From NCBI GenBank assembly GCA_036785375.1, contig JAWMAR010002360.1, forward strand, positions 62,001 through 126,000: a DNA stretch of 64,000 nt, written 5' to 3'. The position numbers and the translations under genes are program-made. The notes beneath the pieces were generated by a model. That model searched no databases. It had not been told where the DNA came from and saw only the letters and a list, made by a program, of their open reading frames with translations. Numbering within the stretch: position 1 is the first letter of the stretch; each line of letters opens with the position of its first letter. Below are positions 61,780-64,000 of this stretch, piece by piece. Source of the DNA: Leucoraja ocellata (Eukaryota).

Positions 61780-62830
61780 CACCACTTCATCCAAGGACCC
61801 CGACAGTCCTTTCAGATGAGGCAGAGGTTCACTTGCACCTCCACCAACCACTGTATCCGCTGTTGTAGATGTGGGTTCCTGTACATCGGTGAATCAAAGC
61901 GCAGACTGTGGCGGTCGTTTCATTGAACACCTTCGCTCTGCCCGCCTTGCCCTAGGCCAGTGATTCCCAACCTGGGGCCAAATGGCATGGCAAATTTCAG
62001 GGGGGGCCACAGAAAAATGTTGACATTTAGGGGGCCACAGGTTCAATGAAGGGGGCCACAGAGCTACCACCCTTTTGCCTCCTAAATTTCAGTTCTAATA
62101 AATTTAAATCTATGTAGTTGAAATATTTTTGATGTTTGAGGAATAGAATAAAAGAGAATATATGTGCAATTAATAGACACTGATATTTTTATGGAAGGTA
62201 TTATAATATTGAAGGACTTTTTTCCGCTAATAATGTCAGGGGCCACAGAAAAATTAAAAGATCCCAAGGGGGCCATGAGCTAAAAAAGGTTGGGAACCAC
62301 TGCCCTAGGCGATCACCAGCTTGCCAAACACATTAAAACCCCCCTCCATTCCCACACTGTTCTTTCTGTCCTGGGCTTCCTCCACTGTGAGAGTGAAGCT
62401 GAACGCAAATTGGAGGAACAACACCTCATATTTCGCTTCAGCAACCTAGAACTCAGAGGTATCAATATTGACTTTTCTAATTTCAAGTAGCCTTTGCATT
62501 CCATCTCTCTCCAGCCACCTCCCACCCTCGTCATCCGACTAGTTTCACTCTGTATCTACTCGTTATCACCATTTCTAGAGCAACAACGGACCAATGTGGC
62601 CTCGACCTTTCCTTGTTCATCTTTGCTGGCTTTGATTTGTTCTTTTCCTACCTTTCATTCATGTGTTTGTACATTCTCATACCTCTAGTTTCCCTCTCCT
62701 CTCATTCCAAGTCGGAAGAAGAGTCTCGACCTGAATCGTCACCTATTTCTTTTCTCTGCAGATGACTAACCTGCTGTTACTGCGGAATTATTATTCTACT
62801 TGTGGTGTAAACCAGCATCTGTACTTCCTT
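61780..62830 (+). mobile_element. Decayed Penelope-like GIY-YIG 3' fragment in the CH2-CH3 intron
   Basis: MRQRFTC, YIGESKR, KLEEQHLIFR; same family as 42387-43061. Confidence 0.8.
61958..62302. mobile_element. Non-autonomous hAT (Charlie-type) MITE
   Basis: TIRs CAGTGATTCCCAACCT / AGGTTGGGAACCACTG; exact 8-bp TSD CCCTAGGC; internal GGGGCCA repeats. Confidence 0.9.
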
Positions 62831-62928
62831 CCTACACATAGACTTTCACAATGTCAGTGAAGTACTGCCACCGTGAGCGCTAATGTTTACACTAATACCC
62901 CGAGACATACCACGGATGTATTTCTTAC

Positions 62929-63246
62929 CTCGAGGTATACTGATGTTTTGGCTTTTCAGATCTTTTTCATGCTTGACTTGGCAGGTATAGACGGAACCTT
63001 TGAACCACTCTGCAGCTGGGAATGTCAACTGGCTGGTCGCCGAGAAGTTATCGTTACCGTTCACCTGGAAGGCGGGAGAGGTGACGATGCCAGAATCCAA
63101 TGACTCGCCATTCTTCAGCCAGGTCACAGTAAACTTCGCTGGAGTGAAATCGTTGACCAAACACACGGCGATCGCTATTCTGCTGAGCTTGATTTCATCA
63201 AGGGCACTTATGGTAATGGAGACGTTAGGATGATGTACCACCCGGT
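62929..63246 (-). CDS. IGHM: IgM CH2 exon
   Basis: 318 bp; VCLVNDFTP..VTWLKNG..SATSQL..W..YTCQVKH; TTTCAG acceptor, GTAAG donor, phase 1-1. Confidence 0.9.
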
Positions 63247-64000
63247 CTGAAAGAAAATAAACTTCATTGGAATTGCTCATAAACTATCGTCGATTAATAA
63301 TGGCACCCAATATTTTGACCAAAAAAACAAACAAAAAAAACAAAATTTCACTTTTTCTGATTAAAAGTAGCCTGGACTTGGACTTCCCGAGATGCTGCTA
63401 AATTATTTGTTTATCGCGGTACACCGAGTACTCGTAAATGTGGACATTATAGCTCGGTAAGTCGTTGTCACAGGGATGTGCTGGGGCCGACTTCTGCTTT
63501 TGTTCTCTGTGACTGTGTCTGTGCTTTTAATACTCTTGATAATGTTCTCAACATGATGCACTCAGCCGCTTCGATTGTTCGCGAGTTAAAATGTAACCTA
63601 TCAGTAATGTAACCGATAGATCAGTTCCTCACGAATTATATGGATGTGCTGGTGATGATAATACATTAATCAGTTCTTTTCAAGCTCTCTACAAGTACAT
63701 TTTTGTTTTTTTATGATTTTGTAGATGGTGAATTGTCTCGATATTTGAAGCACCGCCTTTCGTTCCGTCACAAGAACGAACGCCAGTGCTTCAGTATTAC
63801 GAATATCGCTCTCGCCCCTCGGTGCCAGGATATAAAACTCACCGTTTTATCGAAACAACAACAGCAGATGTTGTTTGATTAAAAAAATAAGCAAAGGGCT
63901 GGAATAATTTGGCGGATAAGGCATGTGTCACTTTCTATTTGACTTTAAGCCTTTGGTAGTTAAATTGAGAATGGAGTTTTATCAGTGTTCCAGATGTTAC

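Noticed and set aside
63830-64000. GTGAGT donor-like site at ~63843 as the end of CH1
   Set aside because: No Ig-like reading frame upstream of it on the minus strand.

Overview
Eukaryotic, repeat-rich DNA from a cartilaginous fish (probably a skate or ray; inferred from the IgM tail and elasmobranch-type CR1, SINE and Penelope repeats). 1-21571 is a head-to-tail array of at least four ~5.56 kb BEL/Pao LTR-retrotransposon units separated by single 399-bp LTRs. All units share one integrase-removing deletion, one TGA-TAG double stop and one frameshift, but are mosaic for two sequence types. The apparent original 5' end of this insertion (LTR, leader, gag start) lies inverted at 25678-26883 and carries the matching 5-bp target-site duplication TGGTT, which implies an inversion. 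21.6-55.2 kb is nested TE debris: CR1 LINEs of two families, an L1 fragment, two DIRS elements fused tail-to-tail through a templated patch junction, a Rex1/Babar LINE, Penelope-like GIY-YIG elements with decayed hammerhead-like motifs, SINEs and minisatellites. 55.4-63.2 kb (minus strand) is the 3' half of an apparently intact IgM heavy-chain gene (CH2, CH3, CH4 plus secretory tail, TM1, TM2) with correct splice sites and phases. There are four N gaps. All comparisons were made by eye; no database search was run.
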